DNA of 64,000 nucleotides from Pseudomonadota bacterium (GTDB lineage: Bacteria; Pseudomonadota; Gammaproteobacteria; Pseudomonadales; JADFDG01), in contig JBMOOP010000058.1 in assembly GCA_049324495.1 (NCBI GenBank), forward strand, positions 65,275 to 129,274, read 5' to 3'. Below, one piece after another: positions 34,274-45,091 of this stretch. Each line of letters starts with the position of its first letter. The first letter of the stretch is position 1. The notes under the pieces were generated by a model. It saw nothing but the letters and a program-made list of their open reading frames with translations, did not search any database and was not told the origin of the DNA. The translations under genes and the position numbers were made by a program.

Positions 34274-34786
34274 ATGATCGTTCTGCGGGAACGCCTTGTG
34301 GATTTCAATGGTGCCGTACAGGACGCGGTGGTGCTGCCGTTCGAATTGCGCCAGCGCGCGCGCTTGCGCACCGTCTCCGCTGCGGGCCGTGATACCGGCA
34401 TTTTCCTTGAGCGCGGCACAACGCTGCGTGGCGGCGATCTGTTGCGCAGCGAATGCGGTATGGTGGTCGAGGTGGTTTCTGAAAGCGAGATGCTGATGGA
34501 AGTGCGTTGTGCGGAGCCTGCGCAGTTGGCACGCCTTGCCTATCATCTGGGTAATCGACACGTACACGTTCAGGTTGGTGCGGGTTTTCTGCGCACCCCT
34601 GAGGATTACGTGCTGCGGGACATGCTGCTGCAACTGGGCGCACAGGTGGCGTCCGTCACCGCGCCGTTCGATCCGGAATCCGGCGCCTATGGCGGCCATC
34701 ATCATGCGATGGCGGCGCCGATTGAGCCGGAGTTCCGTTACTTGCCGAAACTGCATTTATTCGGCACTGCCCGTGAGCGCAACTGA
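34274..34786 (+). CDS. ureE: Urease accessory protein UreE
   Basis: ATG 34274 (MIVLRERL...), with the GNRHVHVQ motif and a His cluster (GGHHHAM) near the C-terminus. Confidence 0.88.
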   Translation: MIVLRERLVDFNGAVQDAVVLPFELRQRARLRTVSAAGRDTGIFLERGTTLRGGDLLRSECGMVVEVVSESEMLMEVRCAEPAQLARLAYHLGNRHVHVQVGAGFLRTPEDYVLRDMLLQLGAQVASVTAPFDPESGAYGGHHHAMAAPIEPEFRYLPKLHLFGTARERN

Positions 34787-35462
34787 CACCCTGCGGCTGG
34801 CGCAGTTGCTGCGTTTCGGCAGCCCGGCGCTGCCGATCGGGCTGTACAGCTATTCGCAGGGCACCGAAGCGGCCATTGAGTGCGGCCTGGTACATGACGC
34901 GATGAGTGCGCAGAGCTGGCTACTGGGTATTTTGCATGGCCCCGTTGCCCGCTACGAACTGCCCCTGCTTGCCGATGCTGTCGGCCTGTTGGCGGCCGAC
35001 GACTTTCCGGCGCTGTCGGCAATCAACGAGCGATTTATTGCCAGCCGCGAAACGCGCGAGGCGCGTCTGGAGTGCGAACAACTGGGTTATTCGCTCGCGC
35101 AATTGTTGTTGATGTTGCCGGAAACCCCGCTGGCGGTGCGTGACTGGCTGGCGCACGAGAAGCCGCTGGGATCCCTGGCGGCGCATGCACTGCTGGCGCG
35201 GGTGGGTTCGCTGGACACAGTATCGGTATTGATGGCCTACGCCGGCAGCTGGCTGGAAAACCAGGTGTCTGTGTTGGTGAAAACGGTGCCGCTCGGCCAG
35301 AGCGCCGGGCAACAGATATTGTCCGCGCTGTTGCCGCCGTTGGCGCAGGTGGTGACGGCGGCAGTGGGCGCGCCGGAGGATGCGCGCAGCAGCTTTGCAC
35401 CAGGGTTGGCCGTGCTGTCGATGCAGCATGAACACCAATACTCCCGCCTGTTTCGTTCCTGA
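34773..35462 (+). CDS. ureF: Urease accessory protein UreF
   Basis: GTG 34773 overlaps the end of ureE. UreF-type N-terminus LRLAQLLRFGSPALPIGLYSYSQGTEAAIE. Confidence 0.88.
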   Translation: MSATDTLRLAQLLRFGSPALPIGLYSYSQGTEAAIECGLVHDAMSAQSWLLGILHGPVARYELPLLADAVGLLAADDFPALSAINERFIASRETREARLECEQLGYSLAQLLLMLPETPLAVRDWLAHEKPLGSLAAHALLARVGSLDTVSVLMAYAGSWLENQVSVLVKTVPLGQSAGQQILSALLPPLAQVVTAAVGAPEDARSSFAPGLAVLSMQHEHQYSRLFRS

Positions 35463-35486
35463 CCAATAGCCAATGGAGATTCCGCC

Positions 35487-36098
35487 ATGAGTGCTCGCCC
35501 TCTGCGTGTTGGTATCGGCGGCCCGGTGGGTTCCGGAAAAACAGCGCTGACCTTGCTGCTGTGCAAGGCAATGCGTGAAAAATGGAATGTCGCCGCCGTC
35601 ACCAACGACATCTACACCCAGGAAGACGCCCAGTTTCTGGTGCGCAACGACGCCTTGACGGCAGATCGCATCATTGGCGTCGAGACCGGCGGGTGCCCCC
35701 ATACGGCGATCCGCGAGGACGCTTCGATCAATCTGGAGGCAGTTGCCCGGTTGAATGAGCGCTTTCCGGGCCTGGATATTATTTTTGTCGAGTCCGGCGG
35801 CGACAATCTCGCCGCTACCTTCAGCCCGGAACTGTCAGACCTCACGCTGTATGTGATCGACGTGGCCGCTGGCGACAAGGTGCCGCGCAAGGGCGGCCCC
35901 GGGATTTGCAAGTCCGATCTGTTGATCATCAACAAGACCGATCTGGCGCCGTACGTCGGCGCATCGCTTGAAATCATGGATCGCGACGCAAAAAAAATGC
36001 GCGGCGCAAGACCGTTTCAGTTCGCCTGCCTGAAGGACAGCAAGGGCCTGCCGGAAATCGTATCGTTCATCGAGCGGCAGGGCATGCTCGGGCACTGA
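35487..36098 (+). CDS. ureG: Urease accessory GTPase UreG
   Basis: P-loop [11 protein letters not shown], plus the CPH ([13 protein letters not shown]) and ESGGDNL motifs. Confidence 0.97.
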   Translation: MSARPLRVGIGGPVGSGKTALTLLLCKAMREKWNVAAVTNDIYTQEDAQFLVRNDALTADRIIGVETGGCPHTAIREDASINLEAVARLNERFPGLDIIFVESGGDNLAATFSPELSDLTLYVIDVAAGDKVPRKGGPGICKSDLLIINKTDLAPYVGASLEIMDRDAKKMRGARPFQFACLKDSKGLPEIVSFIERQGMLGH

Positions 36099-36324
36099 GT
36101 CGGATCGTCATGCGCCCTGCGGCCGGCAATATCCTGTGGATAAAAGAAGGCCGGCATCGCTGCCGGCCAAGACCGAGGAGATTTTTTCGGTTGTTGCAAT
36201 CGCTTTACGCAGCACACGCCGGTGCAGATGTTCTGCGGAAAATGATCCGGAATTATTCGCTCCGTGCGAGATATTCCCGGGGGAGATCGGTGGCGCCGTG
36301 GCGTCACCGATCTGCTTCCAACGG

Positions 36325-37041
36325 TTACTTCACTTCGAGCGGCAGCGAGTAGGAAACGAGAAACAGTGCGTCGTCTTCTTCGCCATCGTCATCATCTACT
36401 ACTTTCGAAACGGTGAACGACAGGTTGGCACTGGCCTTGTAGGAAACGTCGAGATGGCTGTATTCGCCGACGCCCGAATCAAGATCCCAGGTGCCGTATT
36501 TGGCGCTGTACTTGTCATGGGCATATGACAAGGTGAAGTAATTGTTTTTGTTGTCGCCGCCGGAGCCGTATTCACCGGTACCGATGAATGCCTCCAGGGT
36601 TACGCCGGCAATCCCGCCGCTCAGGTAAAACTCGCGAGCATCGTAGCAGCGGGCGTCAGTAGGACCACAGCCAGCGGTGAGCGCATATTCACTTGAGTCC
36701 ACACCTTTGGCCTGCGGATAGTTATAGGTGAAGTAGGCGACGTTGTAGCTGAAACCACCCACCACGCCCCGTGCACCGCCATAGACATCGACTTCCTGGG
36801 TTGGGCCGGCGCTTGAGCCCCAGACGGCCGCGTAGCCGGTGAGTGCCTCGGAGCCGGCAGCGTATTCCAGGTTGCCGGAAACAGCCGGAACGCCGTTACC
36901 GACGTCCATGCCGCGCCACAGGTACATGTTGGCAATACCCGCACTGGCATTTACACCAGCAATGGCGGGGGTGGAAACGACCGCAGCGCCGGCAACGGCA
37001 GCAGCGACCAATGAGTAACGAACAGTGCGCAGCGATTTCAT
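36325..37041 (-). CDS. TorF/Gcw_chp-family putative outer-membrane beta-barrel protein
   Basis: Signal peptide (AVVSTPAIA/GV), an early YLWRGMDVGNGVPAVSG block, alternating beta-strand pattern, 238 aa. Confidence 0.7.
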   Translation of the reverse strand: MKSLRTVRYSLVAAAVAGAAVVSTPAIAGVNASAGIANMYLWRGMDVGNGVPAVSGNLEYAAGSEALTGYAAVWGSSAGPTQEVDVYGGARGVVGGFSYNVAYFTYNYPQAKGVDSSEYALTAGCGPTDARCYDAREFYLSGGIAGVTLEAFIGTGEYGSGGDNKNNYFTLSYAHDKYSAKYGTWDLDSGVGEYSHLDVSYKASANLSFTVSKVVDDDDGEEDDALFLVSYSLPLEVK

Positions 37042-37497
37042 TTTGGTGACTCCCGTCGGTTGTCTGAAAGTAGGGCCACCAGTCGGCGGCTCTGGCGTGG
37101 TATCAGCACAAGCCGTGCCAATTTATGGATGCCCATTAAAATCAATAAGGTAAGGAAAGGCCCGCGGGGGCGGCGCAGCATGCTGGCCCATTTCGGGGCG
37201 CTCTGGTGGGGCTGCCGGGCAATGGTTGCACCAAAGGCGGGCGTGGCGCTGCCCGTCCAGCGTGCTGCTTGCGTTGCGTGTGCAGGCGGGGCTAGAGTCG
37301 AGCGGTATTGCACTCACGGGTCGGCCGACCCTGGGAGGACGCCATCGTGTAACCCATCACGAGCGAGCGAGCAGCCGGCAGGCTGCGTTGCAGGATGCCC
37401 GTCGCTCTGTCGGCCACGTTTCACCCTCACGATGCATGGCCGCAGGCTTCAGGCGAACTCTTCGATCGAAGCAGTCCCGAAACCGTGTGGAGTGCGC

Positions 37498-38958
37498 ATG
37501 GAAGAATCAGCAGCTAACGTTAAATCGCTAACGCGCAGCAACAAAAACATCAACAGTGCCCCGAAAGCTCGCCCCGCCCGCAAGTCTTACGTTCTCGATA
37601 CCAACGTCCTGATACACGATCCGAACTCCATCCTTAATTTTGAGGAGCATCACGTCATCATTCCGATGACGGTGCTGGAGGAACTCGACAAGCTGAAATC
37701 CGGCAAGAGCAGCGTTGCGACCGAATGTCGGCAGGCGATCCGGCTGATTGACCAGATACTCGGCGGCGCGAGCGTTGATGAAATAGAACATGGCGTGCCG
37801 ATCCGGGCGCCTGGCCGCAAGGACACTCACGGTACGCTCACGGTGTTGCTTGATCGCCTCGAATCCGGCAGCGATGGTGTTCTCGCCAACACGCTCAACG
37901 ACAACCGCATCATCAATGCCCTGATCGCGCTGCAGCGTGCGCAACCTGAACAGCATTTCGTGCTGGTCACCAAGGACATCAACATGCGGCTGAAAGCGCG
38001 CAGTTGCGGTCTTGATGCGGAGGATTACCAGAACGATCAGCTTGTTTCCGATATTCGCCAGCTAAACAAAGGCTATGTCGAGATATCGGGTTCATTCTGG
38101 GATCGCATTGAAAAAGTGGAAACGCGCCAGACGACCGAGGGTGTTTTTCATGGTTTGAGTCGCGGGTTCCTTGCTGATGAAGTGCTTGGTAGCGATATTT
38201 TCCCGAACCAGTTCATCCTTGATGAGCAGGGTTTTGTCGGCCGGGTTGCGGAAGTGAACGGCCACTCGGTCGTGCTGAAGGATTTGCCGCGCGAACAGTT
38301 GATGCATGAGAGTGCCTGGGGCCTGAAGCCGATCAACATCCATCAGGCGATTGCGCTCAATTTGCTGCTCGATCCCGATGTGCACATCGTCAACCTGACC
38401 GGCGCTGCCGGTTCCGGCAAGACGATTCTCGCGCTTGCCGCGAGCATTGAAATGGTGATCGGCCAGAAGCGTTACAACAAGATCATTGCGACGCGCTCGA
38501 CGCCGCCGCTGGCGGAGGACCACGGGTTTCTTCCCGGCACCGAGGAAGAGAAGATGGATCCGTGGCTGGGTGCCATCACCGACAACATCGAAGCACTGCA
38601 CATCAACGATGAAAACCCGATTTCATCGATCCAGTATGTGAAGGAGCGCGCCAATATCCAGTTCAAGGCGCTCAATTACATTCGCGGGCGCAGCTTCCAG
38701 AAAGCGATTCTGCTGATCGACGAATGCCAGAACCTGACGCCACACCAGATGAAGGCGATCATTACGCGTGCCGGGGAGGGTTCGAAGGTAGTGTGTCTGG
38801 GGAACCTGGCGCAGATCGATACGCCGTATTTGTCGGCAACCAGTTCCGGCCTTGCCTACATGGCCGAGCGTTTCAAGGGGTTTGCCCATGGCGGCTCGGT
38901 GCATCTGCATGGCGTGCCGCGCAGTGTGCTGGCGGAGTTTGCGGAGTCGAACCTGTAG
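37498..38958 (+). CDS. PIN-domain + PhoH-like ATPase (YlaK-type)
   Basis: ATG 37498. PIN N-terminus YVLDTNVLIHDP...IPMTVLEELD, Walker A GAAGSGKTILA, and a PhoH C-terminal region. The upstream 146 codons of ORF 37060 have no support. Confidence 0.9.
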   Translation: MEESAANVKSLTRSNKNINSAPKARPARKSYVLDTNVLIHDPNSILNFEEHHVIIPMTVLEELDKLKSGKSSVATECRQAIRLIDQILGGASVDEIEHGVPIRAPGRKDTHGTLTVLLDRLESGSDGVLANTLNDNRIINALIALQRAQPEQHFVLVTKDINMRLKARSCGLDAEDYQNDQLVSDIRQLNKGYVEISGSFWDRIEKVETRQTTEGVFHGLSRGFLADEVLGSDIFPNQFILDEQGFVGRVAEVNGHSVVLKDLPREQLMHESAWGLKPINIHQAIALNLLLDPDVHIVNLTGAAGSGKTILALAASIEMVIGQKRYNKIIATRSTPPLAEDHGFLPGTEEEKMDPWLGAITDNIEALHINDENPISSIQYVKERANIQFKALNYIRGRSFQKAILLIDECQNLTPHQMKAIITRAGEGSKVVCLGNLAQIDTPYLSATSSGLAYMAERFKGFAHGGSVHLHGVPRSVLAEFAESNL

Positions 38959-39019
38959 GTGTTGGTAATTGCCAAATGGAAAAGGGACCAGGAAGGCTCC
39001 TTTCCCATTCATGCGCAGA

Positions 39020-39349
39020 TTATTTCGCGCACTTGATGCAAAGCGTTGCCTCAGGAATCGCAGCGAGGCGGCCGGTGCCGATATCGGCACCGCAGCGGCT
39101 GCAGACGCCGTATTCTCCGGCAGCCATCCGTAGCAGGGCGCGATTGATCTGTTGCAGCTCGATGCGCGAGGCGCGCAGGGTTTCGTCGATCACGTCGTCG
39201 CTCTCGCGCTGCGAAGCCTGCTCTTCGAAATCCTTTTCGACCGGCTCGTCGACGTGGCGCTGATCGCGCGTCAGGCGGGTAATGCGTTCCTCCAACTCGG
39301 CTTTCTTGGCGGTCAGCCGCGTTTTTTGCTCTGTGTACATCTGGAACAT
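39020..39349 (-). CDS. DksA/TraR-family C4 zinc-finger protein
   Basis: 109 aa with a coiled-coil N-terminus and CSRCGADI...CIKC (CxxC-x17-CxxC). Confidence 0.85.
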   Translation of the reverse strand: MFQMYTEQKTRLTAKKAELEERITRLTRDQRHVDEPVEKDFEEQASQRESDDVIDETLRASRIELQQINRALLRMAAGEYGVCSRCGADIGTGRLAAIPEATLCIKCAK

Positions 39350-39456
39350 CCGCTCTGTGATTGAAAAGGTATCGGCAGGGAAAAGCGTAGAACGCGGCTA
39401 CTTTTGCCGGCGGCAATGATCGACGCCGTATCGGCGCAGTTGATGTAGTGAAAAAC

Positions 39457-41052
39457 TCACCGTCGGCCACCACGGCCGGTCGCCGCGCCGCGCCGTGGAC
39501 CGCTCCGTCCGCCGCCGGGCCTGCCGCCAGGGCGGCTGCTGCCCCCACGACTTTCGGTGCTGCGTGATGGCGTCATGCTCTGTTCTTCGCTGCGATCGTC
39601 ATCGCGCCGCACGCGCGGCGGCGTGGCGGCCAGCAGCTCGTCCGGCGGGCGCTCGCACAACAGTTTGCGGCCAAGCAACTGTTCAATCGGCGGCAGTGCA
39701 AAGCCGTCGTCCTCACAGGCAAAGCTGATCGAAATGCCCGATGCGCCAGCCCGGCCGGTACGACCGATTCGATGCACGTAGTCTTCAGGATCTTCTGGCA
39801 GCGTGAAGTTGATAACGTGCGTCACTCCGTCGACATGGATGCCGCGGCCGGCAACATCGGTGGCAACCAGTGCGTCGAGCTCGCCGCTCTTGAAGCGCTC
39901 GAGTGTGCTGACGCGTTTCTGCTGCGGCACATCGCCGGACAGCAGTGCGGCGCGGATACCCATGTCGCGCAACAAGTCAGAGAGGCGACGGGTCTGGTCG
40001 CGGCGATTGGCGAAGATGATTACTCGCTTGGCGTCGGTGCTCTTGAGCAGGTTGTAGAGCACGCGGAATTTCTCTTCCGTCGAGCACATGTAGACCTTTT
40101 GCTCAACGGTATCAGTGGCAACGTTTTCCGGCTCGATCTCGACGATTTCCGGCTCGAAGGTCCAGCGCCGCGCGAGGTTCATGATGTCCTCGCTGAACGT
40201 TGCACTGAACAGCAGCGTCTGGCGATATTCAGATGACGGCGTCAGGCGCACGATGCGCTTTACATCCGGGATGAAGCCCATGTCGAGCATGCGGTCGGCT
40301 TCGTCGAGCACCAGCAGCTCTACCTGGTCGAGAAACAGATCGCGGCGCGAAACGAAATCGAGCATGCGGCCGGGCGTGGCAACCAGGATGTCGATCGCCT
40401 CGCGACGAATGCGCTCGCGCTGCTTCTCGAAATCCATGCCGCCAACCACGGCCATCACGTTCAGGTTGCAGTATTTGGTGAGGCCTTCGGCATCGGCGGT
40501 GATCTGCATCACCAGTTCACGGGTGGGCGCGATGATCAGGGCCCGTGGCTCGCCGGCGAACTGCGGGCCTTCGGGAGGGTTGGTGAGTAGATCGTTGATG
40601 ATGGTGACAAGGAACGCGGCGGTCTTGCCGGTGCCGGTTTGAGCGCGGCCGATGGCATCGTGGCCGGCGAGCGTGTGGCCAAGCACTTCAGCCTGGATCG
40701 GCGTGCAGTAATGGAATCCGCAGGCCTGAATGCTGCGCATCAGCGGCAGCGGCAGGTTGAAGTCGTGGAAGCGGGTTTTGCCGGCAACGGGCGCGACGAC
40801 AAAGTCGGCCAGCGTCCAGCTGGGCTGCTCATGTACTGCTCGCTCAGGATGCGGCCGGGGCGGATGGTGCGGGCGCGCCGCTGGCGCGGAGCCCCGGCCT
40901 GCGTCACGTGGCCCTTCCGCGCCGCGCGCCGCGTCAGCCTGGGTTGCAGCCGGTGATACACGCTTGTCGGCAGGCTCGGCGGCGGACGTTTTGGCAGGAC
41001 AGTCGGGCGCGGTGCGATCGCGGTTGAAGACGCGGCGTAACAGCCTGATCAC
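39457..41052 (-). CDS. rhlB: DEAD-box ATP-dependent RNA helicase (RhlB-like) with RG-rich tail
   Basis: Q-motif [24 protein letters not shown] and [10 protein letters not shown] motifs, and a C-terminal RGG-rich tail. The start is taken at GTG 41052 because the upstream ORF part overlaps the SDR gene; the start is uncertain. Confidence 0.88.
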   Translation of the reverse strand: MIRLLRRVFNRDRTAPDCPAKTSAAEPADKRVSPAATQADAARGAEGPRDAGRGSAPAARPHHPPRPHPERAVHEQPSWTLADFVVAPVAGKTRFHDFNLPLPLMRSIQACGFHYCTPIQAEVLGHTLAGHDAIGRAQTGTGKTAAFLVTIINDLLTNPPEGPQFAGEPRALIIAPTRELVMQITADAEGLTKYCNLNVMAVVGGMDFEKQRERIRREAIDILVATPGRMLDFVSRRDLFLDQVELLVLDEADRMLDMGFIPDVKRIVRLTPSSEYRQTLLFSATFSEDIMNLARRWTFEPEIVEIEPENVATDTVEQKVYMCSTEEKFRVLYNLLKSTDAKRVIIFANRRDQTRRLSDLLRDMGIRAALLSGDVPQQKRVSTLERFKSGELDALVATDVAGRGIHVDGVTHVINFTLPEDPEDYVHRIGRTGRAGASGISISFACEDDGFALPPIEQLLGRKLLCERPPDELLAATPPRVRRDDDRSEEQSMTPSRSTESRGGSSRPGGRPGGGRSGPRRGAATGRGGRR

Positions 41053-41234
41053 GGGATCTCGGTATCTTGTGGGGGGCTTCGAAATTGACGGCCGATGAAA
41101 TTGACCGGGGATTGTAGCGGAGGGGTACTCCGGTTGCACGTTCTGTGACCGGGGTGGGTGATCGTCGACCCGATTATGACCAGCCAAATGACGTTGGCGA
41201 ACGGCCACCGGCCGCCCGCCGTCGTTCGCAGCGA

Positions 41235-42089
41235 TCAGTTGTTGTTGAGGAGGGCGCGCGAGCGCTGGCGCTTGCCGCCGGCAATGAGGATGCGCTGGTA
41301 GCTTTCCGGCATGAAGCGTTGCACCAGGTCGATCAGCACGGCGTCGTTGCCGATCAGTTGGCGACGACGGTTCTTCAGGATGGCGTTGACGATGTCCTGG
41401 GCGGCTTCTGCCGGCGTGGTGCGCGCCAGCTTTTCGAAATCCGCCGCCACGCTGGCCTGGTCTTTCATGCCCCACTCACTGCCTGTCTTGAAGCGTGCGG
41501 TTTTGGCGATGTTGGTGCGGATGCCGCCCGGATGCACGCTGGTAACGCCGACGCCACAACCCTCGATTTCCATTTCCTCGCGCAGCGCCTCGGTGAAACC
41601 GCGCACCGCGAATTTCGCTGCGTTGTAGGCTGATTGCGTCGGGCAGGAGATGATGCCGAACACACTGGAGATATTTACAACATGGCCATCGCCGCTGTTT
41701 TTGAGGTGCGGCAGGAAGGCCTTGGTGCCGTACACCACGCCCCAGAAGTTGATGTTCATTAACCACTCGAAATCTTCATAGCTCATCTCATCGACAGTGG
41801 CGCCCAGGCCAACACCGGCATTGTTGATGATGATATTGGCCTTGCCGTGCGCCTTTACTGTTTCATCGGCCCAGGCATATACGGCTGCGCGGTCGGCAAC
41901 ATCGAGCTTTTTGGTCGTCACCGTTACGCCGAGCGATTTGCAGTCGCGCGCAGTTTCGGCGAGGCCGGTTTCGTTCAGGTCTGAAATGGCGACATGGCAG
42001 CCCTGGCGTGCCAGCAGAATCGATGTGGCGCGACCGATACCCGAGCCGGCGCCAGTGATGGCAGCAACCTTGTCCTTGAGCGTCTTCAT
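41235..42089 (-). CDS. Short-chain dehydrogenase/reductase (SDR)
   Basis: ATG 42089 ([22 protein letters not shown]), NNAG, and the catalytic YNAAK motif. Confidence 0.9.
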   Translation of the reverse strand: MKTLKDKVAAITGAGSGIGRATSILLARQGCHVAISDLNETGLAETARDCKSLGVTVTTKKLDVADRAAVYAWADETVKAHGKANIIINNAGVGLGATVDEMSYEDFEWLMNINFWGVVYGTKAFLPHLKNSGDGHVVNISSVFGIISCPTQSAYNAAKFAVRGFTEALREEMEIEGCGVGVTSVHPGGIRTNIAKTARFKTGSEWGMKDQASVAADFEKLARTTPAEAAQDIVNAILKNRRRQLIGNDAVLIDLVQRFMPESYQRILIAGGKRQRSRALLNNN

Positions 42090-42233
42090 GCGTGTCTCCG
42101 TTGATGTCGTGCTTGTTGGGGTGTCCGGGAAGGTATTGTCCGGGCGGCAGCGTCGGGGCAAATAGCGTCCGGGCGGGTAGTGTCGGGGAAAGCAGGCCCC
42201 GGGAACAGGGGGGAGCAGAAGCGGAAGGAGCGT

Positions 42234-43007
42234 TCAGGCGGATCGGCTGTTGAAGAACTGACGGGCGGTACGGCCGCTGCGGCCCCCCTTGGTCTGGGCA
42301 AAGCGCAGCGCTTCGGCGTGGAGGCCGGCCTGGTCGCCGGAGGCGGCGAACAGGTGGTCGACGATGGCCAGATACTGGTCCTGGGGGATCGGATAGAAAG
42401 GCAGCCACAGGCCGAAGCGGTCGGCGAGCGAGATTTTCTCCTCGACTTCATCGCTGTAGTGCAAAGCAGGAGAATGCAGCTCGGTGCCCGCCACATGCGC
42501 CTGCTCGTTGTCGCTGCGGTATTCCGGTACCAGATGGCGGCGGTTTGAGGTGGCATATACGCGCACGTTTTCCGCCGGCATTTCGATTGAGCCTTCGAGC
42601 ACGCTTTTCAGCGCCCGATAGCCGTAGTCGCCCGGGTTGAACGAGAGGTCGTCGCAGAACACGATGAACCGGTACGGCAGGCCACGCAGATGATCCTCGA
42701 CGATGTCCGGCAGCAGCCCCAGATCGTCCCGGTCGATCTGGATGGCGCGAATTCCGTGACTGATGCCGGCATTGATCACGGCCTTGACCAGCGAACTCTT
42801 GCCGGTGCCGCGGGCGCCCCAGAGCAGCGCGTTGTTGGCCGGCTGGCCGCGCGCAAAGCGTACGGTATTGAGCAGTAGCGCGTCGCGCTGGTTGTCGATT
42901 CCGAGCAGATCCGCAAGCTGAACCGGGTCAAGTTCCATGACCGGGCGCAGTTTGTGCTGGTGCGTACGCCAGATGGCGCCGGGGACCAATTTCCAGTCAA
43001 TGCTCAT
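42234..43007 (-). CDS. DUF815-type AAA ATPase
   Basis: ATG 43007 (MSIDWKL...), Walker A GARGTGKSSLVKA, Walker B FIVFCDDLSF. Confidence 0.82.
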   Translation of the reverse strand: MSIDWKLVPGAIWRTHQHKLRPVMELDPVQLADLLGIDNQRDALLLNTVRFARGQPANNALLWGARGTGKSSLVKAVINAGISHGIRAIQIDRDDLGLLPDIVEDHLRGLPYRFIVFCDDLSFNPGDYGYRALKSVLEGSIEMPAENVRVYATSNRRHLVPEYRSDNEQAHVAGTELHSPALHYSDEVEEKISLADRFGLWLPFYPIPQDQYLAIVDHLFAASGDQAGLHAEALRFAQTKGGRSGRTARQFFNSRSA

Positions 43008-43084
43008 GATGAGTCGGTGCAGCGGCGACGAAAGCGGTGATGATGACCGAAAATGAGGGTTTTGTGGCAGAGCGTATGTTTGCT

Positions 43085-44917
43085 TCAGTGAACCTGGGCA
43101 GGCATTCCTGCTGACGGCCAAATGGTCTCGAATGCTTTGGGCTGGTCGATATGATAGCCCTGTGCGTAGTCGACACCGAGAACCTGCAGGATTGTCAGGA
43201 TTTCCGCACCTTCGACAAACTCCGCAATGGTGCGCAGGCGATAGGCGCGAGAGACTTCGACCAGCGCGCGGACCAGCACCTGGCTGTCCGGGTCGTTGTG
43301 CAGGTTGCGAATGAACGAACCGTCGATTTTCACATAATCGACGGGCAGCTTTTTCAGGTAATACAGCGACGAGAAGCCGACGCCGAAATCGTCGAGCGCA
43401 AACTGGCAGCCGAGAGATTTTATCTGCTGCATGAGTTGGTCGGTGGCGTCGATATCGGCGATGGCTGCAGTTTCGGTGATCTCGAAAATCAGAGCGGTTG
43501 GGTCGACACCGTTTTCGCTAATGGTGTTCTGGATATGGCGAACCAGGTTCGGGTTGTGGAATGACATCCCCGAGAGATTGATCGAGAGCTTTGCCTTGAC
43601 CTGGCTGCGCTGCAGCTCGGCAAGGCTGGTAATCACGCTGGTGATAACCCGCTCATCAACCTGATGGATCAGGCCGCTGCGTTCGGCGCTCGAAATGAAG
43701 CGCATGGGTGAGAGCATTTTGCCGCCGTCGTCCTTCACCCGCAACAACGCTTCGTAGTGGGTGATTTCGTTGTGGCGCACGTCGAGGATCGGCTGGAAAT
43801 GGACATTGAGCCGGCCACCGGCCAGTGCATGCCTGACCTTTTCGTCCCAGTACACGCGCTCGTGAACACGGGTACGGGTGTGCTCTTCGGGGCTGAACAT
43901 ATGCCAGACCTTACGGCCCTTTTCCTTCGCCTGGTACAAGGCGATATCGGCATTGGCAAGCAATTCGTCGGAGTTGGCCCCGTGTGCCGGAAACAGCGCG
44001 ACCCCGAGTGATGCCGATATCCGGTGTGAAGCGCCGTTACCGCTTTCAACCTCAAGGCCATCCAGTGCAGCGCAGAAACGCGCGGCGATGCGTTCAGCGC
44101 TATCAGCACTGGTCATTTGCACGATGATCGCGAATTCATCGCCGCCGAGACGCGCAACGATATCCGAGGTGCGTGCCTGGATGCGCAGGACCTCGGAAAC
44201 ACGTTGCAGCAGACGGTCACCCACATGGTGGCCGCTGGTTTCGTTGATGTCCTTGAACTGGTCGATGTCGATCATCATCACCGCACAGCTCTGGGTGTAA
44301 CGCTCGCAGGTGGCAATGGTCTGGTCGAGTTCCTCGAGGAAGCGGCGGCGGTTGTACAGGCCGGTGAGCGGGTCGTGTGAGCTGAGCCAGCCGAGGTGAT
44401 CCTCGGCAATTTTCTGATCGCTGATGTCGAGGCCGACAGTGAGCACGCGGCGTTCGCCGCTTGCGGGGCAATCGTAGACGTTGTGATACCACTGCATGGC
44501 GATCTGGCCACCATCCTTGCGGATCAGTTCCGTCTGATGGCTGTAGTGGTGACCTGAGCCCGGCAGTTCTTCGAGACGGAAGCGCAGGTCCGGCAGCAAC
44601 GCGGCATCAGGCAGCAGGTTGGTGAAGTGCTGGCCGACAACTTCGGCTTCGGTATAACCGGTCAGCCAGCAGCCGTGGTGATTCAGGCTGAGGATGCACC
44701 CCTGCGCGTCCTGGGTGAGGATCATCGCGTGCGGAATCGAGAGCAGGGCGAGGTTCAGTGACTGCATGTCGGCGAGGCGAAGGTCGCGATCACGCAACTG
44801 CGTACCCAGGATTTCGACGCTGTGCGCCAACTGCGTCACGCGCTCGCGCAGTGCCGCAGCGTCGTTACTGCCCCTGCTGACAAGGTTACCGAATACATTC
44901 CGAGCCTTGCGCCACAT
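43085..44917 (-). CDS. PAS-GGDEF-EAL c-di-GMP turnover protein
   Basis: 610 aa with an N-terminal coiled coil and PAS domains. The GGDEF (RLGGDEFAI) and EAL (HYEALLRV; DDFGVGFSSL) motifs are intact. Confidence 0.92.
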   Translation of the reverse strand: MWRKARNVFGNLVSRGSNDAAALRERVTQLAHSVEILGTQLRDRDLRLADMQSLNLALLSIPHAMILTQDAQGCILSLNHHGCWLTGYTEAEVVGQHFTNLLPDAALLPDLRFRLEELPGSGHHYSHQTELIRKDGGQIAMQWYHNVYDCPASGERRVLTVGLDISDQKIAEDHLGWLSSHDPLTGLYNRRRFLEELDQTIATCERYTQSCAVMMIDIDQFKDINETSGHHVGDRLLQRVSEVLRIQARTSDIVARLGGDEFAIIVQMTSADSAERIAARFCAALDGLEVESGNGASHRISASLGVALFPAHGANSDELLANADIALYQAKEKGRKVWHMFSPEEHTRTRVHERVYWDEKVRHALAGGRLNVHFQPILDVRHNEITHYEALLRVKDDGGKMLSPMRFISSAERSGLIHQVDERVITSVITSLAELQRSQVKAKLSINLSGMSFHNPNLVRHIQNTISENGVDPTALIFEITETAAIADIDATDQLMQQIKSLGCQFALDDFGVGFSSLYYLKKLPVDYVKIDGSFIRNLHNDPDSQVLVRALVEVSRAYRLRTIAEFVEGAEILTILQVLGVDYAQGYHIDQPKAFETIWPSAGMPAQVH

Positions 44918-45091
44918 GAAAATGCTCCCGTGCCCCAGGTTCCCCGGGATACATGGCGCTGATCCGGTTCCTTGCGCCGTTGGTCGTGTCTTCAGGGGAA
45001 ATTCGCATATAAGGGGGGAAAAGGCTACTGCTAATTAATTAGCAAGCGTGTAGCCGGGCAGGCGCTCGCCACCCTCCCCGGGTGAACCGCC

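Noticed and set aside
37153-37170. AGGAAAGGCCCGCGGGGG, resembling the RNase P RNA GAGGAAAGUCCGGGC box, within the 455-nt region upstream of the PIN-PhoH gene. SRP and 6S RNA were also considered
   Set aside because: None of the other universally conserved RNase P blocks is nearby. No SRP GGAAGCAGCC-type motif or 6S-like architecture could be found by eye. Treated as chance similarity.
37060-37497. 146-codon N-terminal extension of the PIN-PhoH ORF, plus similar extensions on the nadD, corC, holA, EEP and SDR ORFs
   Set aside because: The extensions overlap neighbouring genes or are low-complexity. Family-typical N-termini begin at internal ATG or GTG codons, which I verified on the nucleotide sequence.
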